A program made the translations under genes and the position numbers. A stretch of 64,000 bases of DNA from an uncultured virus (IMG/VR IMGVR_UViG_3300008261_000010) (Duplodnaviria > Heunggongvirae > Uroviricota > Caudoviricetes), in the IMG/VR virus record IMGVR_UViG_3300008261_000010; one strand, 5' to 3'. This document shows positions 45,554 to 53,766 of the stretch, in pieces (position 1 is the stretch's first letter; every line of letters starts with the position of its first letter). The notes beneath the pieces were generated by a model. That model ran no database searches. It saw only the letters and a program-made list of their open reading frames with translations, and had not been told where the DNA came from.

Positions 45554-46009
45554 TCACGTACGTCCAGGGTGTGAGCGAAGGTCGCAAAGGGATTGCAGTT
45601 GTTCGTCGGTTAGGTCATCGAGCTGAGTGCTGATGCAGAGCACCTCGCCGCTGGGCATGGCTCGGTAGTAGACGCCGCCGTGTTCGTCGGGTCTGAGCTT
45701 GCTGCAGTAGTAAGCGACTGACAGGCCAAAGCTCTTAAGGATGAGCTTGCGTTCGGCGAGCTTCTCGATCACGTACTCGAAGCTGAGCGAGCAGAAGTAC
45801 TCATCGCCGCTTGAGATGTAAAGCGAGCCGTCGCCGCCCATCTCGAGATCGAGGCAGCCAGCGTAGAAGTCGTCGAACTCGGCTGGACGATCCTCCTGGT
45901 CGAGGATATCTTGGAGTTCGCCGTTGATCAGGACGGCCGCCTCGACTCCGCCCGGAGCGAAGCAGTCGGCCGGGACGCGAGTGGCGCCTATTTCGTAGTT
46001 ATTGGCCAT
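45554..46009 (-). CDS. Hypothetical phage protein
   Basis: MANNY...YYCSKLRPDEHGG. Confidence 0.65.
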   Translation of the reverse strand: MANNYEIGATRVPADCFAPGGVEAAVLINGELQDILDQEDRPAEFDDFYAGCLDLEMGGDGSLYISSGDEYFCSLSFEYVIEKLAERKLILKSFGLSVAYYCSKLRPDEHGGVYYRAMPSGEVLCISTQLDDLTDEQLQSLCDLRSHPGRT

Positions 46010-46011
46010 GG

Positions 46012-46266
46012 TTAGAAGTGTTCAGGGCAGGGGTAGATGGGGTCGTTGTTTTCGTCGTAGGCCCAGGTGTTGTCAGGTGTTGCTGAGCGCCAGGCTTCCT
46101 TGATGTGTCCCCACTCGATCTCAGCTACTGCGATCCAGGGGCTGGCTAGCTCGTCCCTGGTAACGGACTCGAGTAGTAGCGCGTGATCTTTGGGGATCTC
46201 GTCGCGCTCGACTGTGAGCTGGAATGAGGTGGTGACCTCGTATTCGATGGTGATGCGATGGGTCAT
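46012..46266 (-). CDS. Hypothetical protein
   Basis: ORF in operon. Confidence 0.55.
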   Translation of the reverse strand: MTHRITIEYEVTTSFQLTVERDEIPKDHALLLESVTRDELASPWIAVAEIEWGHIKEAWRSATPDNTWAYDENNDPIYPCPEHF

Positions 46267-46269
46267 GGG

Positions 46270-46554
46270 TCAGAGAGGCGATAGGGGCTTGTAGTTGCGG
46301 ATGCGGGAGTATCTAGTTGCTGCGCCCGTGCTGGCGCCCTTGAAGACGGGCTCGATGGAATTGGTGCGGCACCAATGCACGAAGCGAGAGGCGTCTTCGT
46401 CTTCTTCGAGGTAGACGTACTCGCCGCGTTCGTAGGAGAACGGAGTGAAGACTGAGCGCCAGTGCTCGCCAATGATTCTGGCGAGGAAGGTTTTGGGGAC
46501 TTTGACCCAAGCGTGGCCTGGGTCGGAGTGGACGCGGAAGATGCGGGTTTGCAT
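46270..46554 (-). CDS. Conserved phage early protein (HSDPGH...YLEED)
   Basis: HSDPGHAWVKV...SY...VYLEEDEDA. Confidence 0.7.
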   Translation of the reverse strand: MQTRIFRVHSDPGHAWVKVPKTFLARIIGEHWRSVFTPFSYERGEYVYLEEDEDASRFVHWCRTNSIEPVFKGASTGAATRYSRIRNYKPLSPL

Positions 46555-46618
46555 GGGGTGATGCACTGGGCGTGCAAAAGAGAGAGCCCTGCCGGCAGAT
46601 GCCAGACAGGGCTTGGGA

Positions 46619-46852
46619 TCAGCAGGTGGGAGCAGGCCAGGCGTAGCGCTCCTCGAGGGTGCGCTCGTAGATGGCCTCCAGGACCTCGATCTGCTCGTCG
46701 CTGAGCTCTGCGTCGTCGTCTTCGTCGGAGGTGACGATGACTTCGCCGGGGAAGAGCTGCTCGAGGACCAGACCGATGGGCTCCAGCTGATCGGGAGTGC
46801 CGCGCACCGAGAGGCGAACGCGGCGATCGGGGCAGTACTGAGTGAGAACCAT
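46619..46852 (-). CDS. Small acidic protein
   Basis: ORF followed by a terminator-like hairpin at about 46576-46612. Confidence 0.55.
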   Translation of the reverse strand: MVLTQYCPDRRVRLSVRGTPDQLEPIGLVLEQLFPGEVIVTSDEDDDAELSDEQIEVLEAIYERTLEERYAWPAPTC

Positions 46853-46887
46853 GTGCTTATTGAGAATGGATTGCAGTAAGAGAAGGA

Positions 46888-47160
46888 TTAGGAGGCAAAG
46901 CCAGCAGCGGCGGGCTTATGGCGGGTGACGCGCTGCGGGCGAGCCGGTTTGCTGCGTTCGATGACGACAGTCTCGAGCGGAGTGGCGGGTGCGGGCTCGA
47001 GGACCAGGGGCTCGATTTGTACGGCTTCTGTCCGTACAGGCGAGAAGAGATCCTCGATGCCAGGAAGGAAGTTCCTGAGGCCGGGCCAGAGGAGGCGTTG
47101 CCAGAGGGTGATGGCTATTGCTGCGGTCCAGGCCGCGATGGTGATCAGGGTGTTGCGCAT
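46888..47160 (-). CDS. Small membrane-anchored early protein
   Basis: MRNTLITIAAWTAAIAITLW; promoter-like motif at 47195-47210. Confidence 0.6.
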   Translation of the reverse strand: MRNTLITIAAWTAAIAITLWQRLLWPGLRNFLPGIEDLFSPVRTEAVQIEPLVLEPAPATPLETVVIERSKPARPQRVTRHKPAAAGFAS

Positions 47161-47262
47161 GGCAGGTGCGAAAGAACGAAGGAAGGTGCGCCCCATGCAC
47201 GGCTGCAGAGGCGCACTAAAAAACCCCGCACGGGAGACCGAGCGAGGTAAATGGTTAGGTAC

Positions 47263-47436
47263 TTAGAAGACGTCGCCAGGCAGGAGCCCCTGCTGGCATT
47301 GGTCATAGATGTAATCACCGACCTGGCTCCAGAGTGGATCCAGGGTGAAGTCGTAGTCCGCTGCCCTGCTGGAGAGCGCAAGAGCGTCGCGCAGGGCGAT
47401 GGCTTCTGCTGGGGTGAGCGTGATCTGGAGGGTCAT
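47263..47436 (-). CDS. Small hypothetical protein
   Basis: ORF from MTLQITLTPAEA. Confidence 0.55.
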   Translation of the reverse strand: MTLQITLTPAEAIALRDALALSSRAADYDFTLDPLWSQVGDYIYDQCQQGLLPGDVF

Positions 47437-47514
47437 GACAGATGAGCGTGTTGCGCAAAAGAAAAGCCCCACCCGCAAAGGCGAGTGGGGCGAGAGGGGC
47501 TGAAGCGTCCGAGC

Positions 47515-48021
47515 TCAGAAGGGAACTTCCTCGCCGGTGGGTTCAGCCGAGAAGGGTGCCTCGGGTTGGGCGAACTCAGGCCCGACGGGGGCCGAGTTGA
47601 GGACCTCGATGCGCTGAGCGCGGAGTTGTCTGCGGTAGGCGACGGGGTAGCCGCGGTCGTTGCGGGTGATCTCGCCGTAGACGGTCCAGTAGCCGCTGAT
47701 GGCGACCCTGGCCCATTCGGTGTTGTTCGCAATCGAGAGGATCTCGCTGGCGATGGGCACACCGTTGTCGGTGGCGATGATCGAGTCGATGGGCAGATCG
47801 ACGTTCACCTCCTTGCCACCGCGGTTGTCGCGAGTGGAGTTGGTGAGGATGGCCGAGACCGTGAGCTTGCCGCCGTCCGGACGGGAGATGTCCTTCACGG
47901 CTTTGAGCATGCCGACGAGTCGGACCATGCCAGCCGCTTTGGGATCTCCGCTGGAGGCAGCGAGTTGGGTTTCGAGCTCGGAGATGCGAGCTTCGAGGTC
48001 GGCCTTGGTGGCGGTAGCCAT
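47515..48021 (-). CDS. SSB-like OB-fold protein with N-terminal coiled coil and acidic EEVPF tail
   Basis: VRLVGML...RVAISGYW...QLRAQRIEVL...EEVPF*. Confidence 0.6.
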   Translation of the reverse strand: MATATKADLEARISELETQLAASSGDPKAAGMVRLVGMLKAVKDISRPDGGKLTVSAILTNSTRDNRGGKEVNVDLPIDSIIATDNGVPIASEILSIANNTEWARVAISGYWTVYGEITRNDRGYPVAYRRQLRAQRIEVLNSAPVGPEFAQPEAPFSAEPTGEEVPF

Positions 48022-48154
48022 GTGGTGTTCCCGGCGGTGCCGGGGCGAAAGAACCACGCCTCGAATCAGGCAGCGCCAATGCACTGCTGAAGAGAGGCAA
48101 TAAAAAAGCCCCCACCCGCAACAGCGAGTGAGGGCAAGTGAAGCGCGCTCGAGC

Positions 48155-48427
48155 TCAGAAGGGGCAAACCTCCAGCTCGAGCTGATGTATTGCTGGGCGG
48201 TTGAGCTCAGCAATCTGCTGGCACCAGGCGATGTGCCGGCGCTGGAGATCGCCGAGGGGGTGGCCGTCCATGACCTGATCGATCATGGCCTCGAGGTGAG
48301 CGCGCGCGACTTCGATCTCCTGAGAGATCTCGCCGTGCAGCTTGCGGCCGTCCTCGGTGAGGGTGACGCCAGCGCGTGCCAGGAGGCGGAGTTGCTGGCT
48401 GAGACGGTAGAGCTTGCCTTCCGTCAT
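48155..48427 (-). CDS. Small helical protein ending ELEVCPF
   Basis: Cassette ORF from MTEGK. Confidence 0.6.
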   Translation of the reverse strand: MTEGKLYRLSQQLRLLARAGVTLTEDGRKLHGEISQEIEVARAHLEAMIDQVMDGHPLGDLQRRHIAWCQQIAELNRPAIHQLELEVCPF

Positions 48428-48566
48428 GGTGGTAACCCGGGTGCCCCGGGGCGAAAGAACCACATGCCGTCAGTCAGTCAGCGCGGATGCACTGCTGAAA
48501 GAGGGCAATAAAAAAGCCCCCACCCGTGAAAACGAGCGAGGGCAGGAGGCGGAATTTGGAGGGGTG

Positions 48567-48764
48567 CTAGCGGAAAAGTTCCGGGGTCCTGAAGGGGTTG
48601 ATGTGGCCCAGGCCGTAGAGGGCAAAGCCGACTGCTGCGCCGCAGCCGCCTATGAGCCCGCCTGTGCCGAAGAGGAGATAGCCGATGCCGCCGTAGAGGA
48701 GGCAGCCGAGAGCGAGTCCGCCGACCGAGCCAAGGATGTAGCCGATCCAGCCGTAGGTGTTCAT
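48567..48764 (-). CDS. Glycine-zipper small membrane protein
   Basis: MNTYGWIGYILGSVGGLALGCLLYGGIGYLLFGTGGLIGG. Confidence 0.65.
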   Translation of the reverse strand: MNTYGWIGYILGSVGGLALGCLLYGGIGYLLFGTGGLIGGCGAAVGFALYGLGHINPFRTPELFR

Positions 48765-48846
48765 CGAAGCAAGCAGCGCGCATGCACTGCTGAGAGAGGG
48801 CGATGAAAAAGCCCCCACCCCGAGCAAACGGAGTGAGGGCAGGGAA

Positions 48847-49035
48847 TCAGAAAGCCTTGACCATGTAGGTGCGGCAGAACTCGGAGTGAGCTGCGTGCTT
48901 GTGAGCCGGCCAGTCTTGGGTGGCGCATTGATCACGGGTGGCGCGATCAAGCCGGGCAACGCCGGCATGGAAGACGCCGACCAGGAGAAAGCCGATGGAG
49001 GTACCGGCGGCGATGGCGAGGAAGGGATTGCGCAT
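48847..49035 (-). CDS. Small membrane-anchored protein with Cys pair
   Basis: TM followed by QCATQDWPAHKHAAHSEFC. Confidence 0.65.
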   Translation of the reverse strand: MRNPFLAIAAGTSIGFLLVGVFHAGVARLDRATRDQCATQDWPAHKHAAHSEFCRTYMVKAF

Positions 49036-49116
49036 CGAAGTCAGGCAGCGCGCATGCACTGCTGAGAGAGTTCACGCAAAAAGCCCCCACCCGCGGATGC
49101 GAGTGAGGGCAAGTGG

Positions 49117-49287
49117 TCAGGCGATCGGAAAGACATCGATCGATTTGTGCTCGGGGAAGAGCGCTGCGTCGTAGTGCAGCCAGCGCCAGGCGTCGTCCTC
49201 GGAGGGGAAGCCCGGGCCGAAGGGGATGAATTCACCGGCGGAGGTGATGGCAACCGCGAAGTAGCGGGTCTTGGTGGTGGTGGTCAT
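49117..49287 (-). CDS. Small hypothetical protein (first cassette of the early region)
   Basis: MTTTTKTRYFAVAI. Confidence 0.6.
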   Translation of the reverse strand: MTTTTKTRYFAVAITSAGEFIPFGPGFPSEDDAWRWLHYDAALFPEHKSIDVFPIA

Positions 49288-49329
49288 CGAAGTCAGGCAG
49301 CGCGTATGCACTGCTGAGAGAGTTCACGA

Positions 49330-50093
49330 ACACGAACCCGAGTGTTTAACGCGCACGGCGTGTACCCTTGGCGCGATTTAACAGCGCAGCCGGGGCGGAG
49401 CGAGCCGGAGCGCAAGAGAGCAGAAGGGAGCAGAGCGGAGCGGAATAGGGCAACAGAAGCAACTCTCCAGTGAGAGGAGACTTGCGTTGGTAGCAATGTG
49501 CTGGATGCACAACAAAGCGTGCAATCGCAGCAAAAGACAACAACAAGACGCGATAGAATAGAGAAACGAAAAGAGCACCCCGCTCCCTAGAACCCCGGTG
49601 GGCAGTGGATTTGGCCCCACCGCGTCACGAGTGAACGGGGGTATGAGCGGATGCGAGCCGCCTAGTTACGCGCGTGTGCGTGCAGTGTTATGTACGCGTG
49701 CTGGGTTATAGCTAGCGCGTTGATGTGCAGTAGCGAGTGAAAGCTTAAGAGTGTTGCGCGTGGTGAAGCAACAGCGTCGCGTGCATTTGTGTGCAAAAGT
49801 GTCCGCGTGGATTGTTGATGTGTACCGTTGCTGTACCACTGCCTTGCGCGCGTTGGCGTCTGCTGACATCAGCACACGTGGCGCGGCGCGCTCTCTACTT
49901 CTTTTTTTTGTTTGACAGCAATCCCAACCTGGCGGGGGTGTTTGATGTCTACCGCGCGGCGCAATAAAAATTTTGAGCTTTTCAGGGGAGCGGCCTTGCA
50001 TTAGCTCTGCGCTTCCTCGTGTGAAATTTTGGCGTTTTACACGACACACAGAGTGACCCCCCGCGCGGGTGCGCAGCGTGAGTCTCGATAGAC
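49330..50093. other. Non-coding strand-switch region, probable genome terminus / packaging region
   Basis: No credible ORF; degenerate pentamer repeats 49391-49445; purine/pyrimidine skew; T9 tract; divergent transcription on either side. Confidence 0.5.
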
Positions 50094-52706
50094 TTGTCTG
50101 ACGTAATGCGTGAACGGGTTTACGCGATGGCTCCGCGGCAAATCAGCGAAGAGGAATATCTGCGGAAATTTCGGCCAGAGGAATACGAAAAACGTCGCAA
50201 GTTAGGTATATATAGTGATGCAACTCCGCAACCACAAAATGTACCCGGGCTCCCCCCGCCGGAAGCTCGCTACTCGCCGGAGGAGATTCGCGGCATCCTG
50301 CTGGACAGCGGCTCGCTGAAGGAGTACGGACGCGGCGGCACCCGGGCTGGTTCTCAGATGGACCGCGCTGCACAGCAAATCGCGGTCCAAGACGAGATTG
50401 CGCGCCAACAGCTTCTTGATGCAGGCGTCGATGGCCTGGTTGCCGGCATGTCGCAGGCGGTGGGTGCTCCGGTTGACCGGAACACCGCCCTGCTGGCCCG
50501 TGAATACATGACGATGCCGGGCGGCGAGGCCCTCGAGCTGTCCGATGCAGTGCGGTTGGCAGCGGCATCCGGCGCAGTACAGGGGCAAATCCCCGCCGAA
50601 CTCAGCGCGAAAGTCGCTCAATTGGGCGAAATCGGCCGTGATCAGGGGCTCGATGTCGTCCTAAAGGCCGCGAATCAGGGTTTGATCGACCCCTCGCTGC
50701 CGATCGAAGCCCAAATCGACGCGCTGGACCCCGAAAGCAAGGCGAAATTGGCGCTGCTGGCCCGAGTTCAGGGCCAAATCGAGCAACTCAACGCAGAAGA
50801 GACCGGTTTGGCGGCAAATGCGCTGGGTCTTGGCCGTACGGTTGGCGGTCGTCGCAACTCATTCCGCAAAGAAAAGCGAGGCAACGAAGAAGCAGCTGTC
50901 CTGAGAACCCCTGGCAGCGTCCTGTCGCAAGGGATGGAGTTCAAGGCGGACGACATCCTCCTGCCGTTCGTGATCGCGCCCAAGAACCAGCAGGTCTGGA
51001 GCTCTGGGAAAGCGGCCGGTCCCTACTCGGATGTCAGTGGCCCTGTGATGCAGGCCGCCCAGTACTACAACGGCGACAAATTTGCGCCATCGCTGCGGGA
51101 TGCACAGGTTCTGTATGTGAACCCGTACGGCGAGGTGTCGGATGCAGTGGTCTCACGACTGGGTCTGGACCTCGTGCAGAACCCAATCGAGAAGGATGTC
51201 TCAGGCGGGTACGACCAGGAGTCACTCAATGTCCCGGTACCTGATGTTGGGCAAGAACGCTACGGCCTGCGCCCGAAGGACGACCCCTCATTCGGCATGG
51301 ATGCAGGGGCTTCGTACCGCAACCCGACCTTCGCGGAAGCTGTCAACGCCCTTTCGCTGAAATATCGGACCCCGATCGGTGTCTTCACGGAAGACATGCT
51401 CGCTGGCGGCGGTCGTGGTTACAGCGATGTCCTCGTCAACCAGCCAGGGCGCGAAGTTTTCGCGCTGGGATCCAAGCGCCGCCCTGACGGGAAGCCCGCG
51501 CCCATTGCCGACTACTTCCAGGAGCCCGCCGAGCCGGGCGAACCGAGAGTTGCTGACGTACGCATTGGAAGCGGACAGAAACGAACGCCCGAGTTCTATG
51601 CCGCGCTGGACGATTTGATCGACGCCGTTGCACTGGAAGCGTACGGAGCACCCGGCCAGGCATACGGCGACCCTGGTGTCATCGAGGAGCGATCGACCGG
51701 GAATCGCTACGCCCCCGCCGCTGCAAGTCCAATGCCCGGCGAAGCGAAGTGGGGGTCGCTGATGAACCTCCGCAGCACGGACCCCGTCGTCGCTGACTAC
51801 CAGCGGAGGCTCCTAAGCGAAGCAGGCTTCCCAATCAATACGAGTGCGGCCAACCCCCTGCTGGGCGTCGTTGACGTTCTTGAGCAATTGGCGGGTGCGC
51901 CTCCCTCTGACACAGATGTTCGTCGCGGTGTACTGACCGCCGCCGCCGCTGAGCCTTTGGTAGCAGTCACTGGGCAAGCAGGAGCGGCCCGCATCCTGGA
52001 GGCAGCCAAGCAGCGAGCGAGTGAGCTAAGGGGGCGGACACGTCCCACTACTGATAACGCACGGCAGACGTACGAAAAGGCGATCTCTGATCTGGTCAAA
52101 CGCGGCGTCGGCAGCGGCGAGCCTCGAGTGGAAGCTCGCGCAGTGGAACCGAAGCCTCAGGTGAGCGCTGCGACCCGTCGAGCGCGGGCCAGCCAGCCCA
52201 TTATCCCCGGGCTGGAAGGCGATGTGCGCTTCCCGGCCAACGCCTTAGACCCCGTAACGCGTGATCTGGCTAGGTATATGGCAGAGCGCGCCCCGCAGGT
52301 TGGCACGCGCAATCCCGAACAAGTCGTGCAATATGTGCCGGCAGAACTGTTCAACCGATTCTTCACGCAGCAAGCACCCGAGGGGGCGGGTGGCGGCACC
52401 CGGCAGGGCGAGCTGCAGCTCAATACGCTGCAACGCGGCATGGCGGACGCTCTATTCGGGCGCTCTGATCGAGCCGCCCGCGCAGGCGGGTATACGGCTT
52501 CTTATATCGATGACGTGGCCCAATACATGGAAGCGCAACAGAAGCAGCGGGCTCTCGAGGAGAAAGCGTCAACCGCGCCTGTACTGGCATCGACTAATAC
52601 TGTCCAGGAATCCCTGCTGAACGCGCCCGCCAGCCCTAAGAGCGCACCGACTGCGATGGCGGATGAGCTACTGAAGCGCAGGCTGGGCCGCATGACTGGT
52701 CGATGA
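50094..52706 (+). CDS. Large putative internal virion / ejection protein
   Basis: 870-aa Ala/Gln/Pro-rich ORF at the head of the late region; no enzyme motif recognised. Confidence 0.55.
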   Translation: MSDVMRERVYAMAPRQISEEEYLRKFRPEEYEKRRKLGIYSDATPQPQNVPGLPPPEARYSPEEIRGILLDSGSLKEYGRGGTRAGSQMDRAAQQIAVQDEIARQQLLDAGVDGLVAGMSQAVGAPVDRNTALLAREYMTMPGGEALELSDAVRLAAASGAVQGQIPAELSAKVAQLGEIGRDQGLDVVLKAANQGLIDPSLPIEAQIDALDPESKAKLALLARVQGQIEQLNAEETGLAANALGLGRTVGGRRNSFRKEKRGNEEAAVLRTPGSVLSQGMEFKADDILLPFVIAPKNQQVWSSGKAAGPYSDVSGPVMQAAQYYNGDKFAPSLRDAQVLYVNPYGEVSDAVVSRLGLDLVQNPIEKDVSGGYDQESLNVPVPDVGQERYGLRPKDDPSFGMDAGASYRNPTFAEAVNALSLKYRTPIGVFTEDMLAGGGRGYSDVLVNQPGREVFALGSKRRPDGKPAPIADYFQEPAEPGEPRVADVRIGSGQKRTPEFYAALDDLIDAVALEAYGAPGQAYGDPGVIEERSTGNRYAPAAASPMPGEAKWGSLMNLRSTDPVVADYQRRLLSEAGFPINTSAANPLLGVVDVLEQLAGAPPSDTDVRRGVLTAAAAEPLVAVTGQAGAARILEAAKQRASELRGRTRPTTDNARQTYEKAISDLVKRGVGSGEPRVEARAVEPKPQVSAATRRARASQPIIPGLEGDVRFPANALDPVTRDLARYMAERAPQVGTRNPEQVVQYVPAELFNRFFTQQAPEGAGGGTRQGELQLNTLQRGMADALFGRSDRAARAGGYTASYIDDVAQYMEAQQKQRALEEKASTAPVLASTNTVQESLLNAPASPKSAPTAMADELLKRRLGRMTGR

Positions 52707-52942
52707 ACAGCGCGAAAAGAGAGAAGGCCCGCGGATTAGCGCAGGCCTTCCAAAAGATGAGCAAGCCAGCGAGCAAGGGTGGAACCGGCGGCACGTTTAC
52801 AACTGCGGCTACCAAGGCTGGACATGCCGACAGCCCGGAGGGCCGTAAAGAGTTCGCCGAGAAAGTCCTGGCCAACCCTGATCAGCATTCAGAGAAGATG
52901 GTGCGAAAAGCCAACTTCTACAAGAATGTGATCAGTAAATAG
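52703..52942 (+). CDS. Small basic phage protein
   Basis: GTFTTAATKAG...FAEKVLAN...VRKANFYKN. Confidence 0.65.
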   Translation: MNSAKREKARGLAQAFQKMSKPASKGGTGGTFTTAATKAGHADSPEGRKEFAEKVLANPDQHSEKMVRKANFYKNVISK

Positions 52943-52978
52943 CTTCGTTAGACTGAATCGCATTGGGACGACTGCCCC

Positions 52979-53257
52979 GTGGCGTTCAGGTACGACGGCA
53001 AAGATGTTGCCACTGCCTTGGGTCAGGGAGTGGATAACAAGCTCACTCGAGCCGAGGCTCCGGTCACCTTTGGATATGAGGCCGGCACACCGATTCGTTT
53101 TGCGGGTAAGCAGCTCGCAGACAACATCGGCATGGTTGGTGAATTCGGGGTCAGCACCAAAGACCCCAACATGAAGGGTTACTTCAAGGACTGGACCGGC
53201 TTCTGGGCGAACGGCCCCTTTGGCCCCGCAGCACCTGACAACGGAGGAATGGCGTAA
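52979..53257 (+). CDS. Hypothetical protein
   Basis: TAGACT box upstream; internal RFAG. Confidence 0.6.
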   Translation: MAFRYDGKDVATALGQGVDNKLTRAEAPVTFGYEAGTPIRFAGKQLADNIGMVGEFGVSTKDPNMKGYFKDWTGFWANGPFGPAAPDNGGMA

Positions 53258-53766
53258 TGGCTGGCCCACGTATGGCCATGGGCCTCAAGAATCTTGGGGC
53301 GCTATTGCGAGACATCCTTCCGCAAAGTAAAGGAGAGTGGGCTCTGCGCCTGGGGCCTGAGGCTGGTTTCGCGTTGATTAGCGCCGGCATGGCTCCGGAG
53401 GGAACTCCTCTCAGTGACCGCATCGCGCTGGCTGCCGAAGACATGTTGATCGGTGCCGGCAGCTCGTTTCTTGGTAGCGGCGCAGGTAGGGCCGTCGGGG
53501 AGGCTCTCTACCCGGCCGCTAAGTATGCGGGCAAGAGCGCAGAACGCGCGCAGAAACTGTCGCAGGCTATGACCGCTGGCGACATCCTGGCGGCGCCGCT
53601 GCCGATGTTCGCGCCTCGCCCCATTGCATCGGGCGTCTATGAGCGAGCTATGGAAGGCCAGAGCAAGCGCGAGCAAGAGCAGCTTGTGGCCCAAGAAGAG
53701 GAGAGGCTGATGCAAGAAGCACTGCTGAGCTCCCTGCTGACCGGAGGCGGAGCATTGCTGAGCTGA
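53257..53766 (+). CDS. Putative internal virion protein
   Basis: TAATG coupling; Gly/Ala-rich. Confidence 0.55.
   Translation: MAGPRMAMGLKNLGALLRDILPQSKGEWALRLGPEAGFALISAGMAPEGTPLSDRIALAAEDMLIGAGSSFLGSGAGRAVGEALYPAAKYAGKSAERAQKLSQAMTAGDILAAPLPMFAPRPIASGVYERAMEGQSKREQEQLVAQEEERLMQEALLSSLLTGGGALLS

Larger units (their letters stand above)
47195..49328 (-). repeat. Array of conserved intergenic units (terminator hairpin + CTCTCTCAGCAGTGCAT motif + leader) separating single-gene cassettes
   Basis: Motif at 47195, 48079, 48487, 48782, 49054, 49306; terminators at about 47218, 47457, 48102, 48510, 48806, 49078; 49033-49076 and 49285-49328 match at 43/44 nt. Confidence 0.9.

Noticed and set aside
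48079..49322. Hammerhead ribozymes in the repeat (CTGAAGA at about 48087)
   Set aside because: CUGANGA is not conserved in the other copies (CTGAAAG, CTGAGAG) and there is no correctly placed stem II-GAAA.
47150..49330. CRISPR array
   Set aside because: The intervals between repeats are whole genes of about 170-510 nt, the repeats contain terminators, and no cas genes are present.
47150..49330. Classical integron attC sites
   Set aside because: I see no RYYYAAC/GTTRRRY box pair at the repeat ends, and the tyrosine recombinase lies about 45 kb away with no evident IntI features.
50094..52706. Virion RNA polymerase explaining the early promoter motif
   Set aside because: No DxDGD or single-subunit RNAP motifs recognised.
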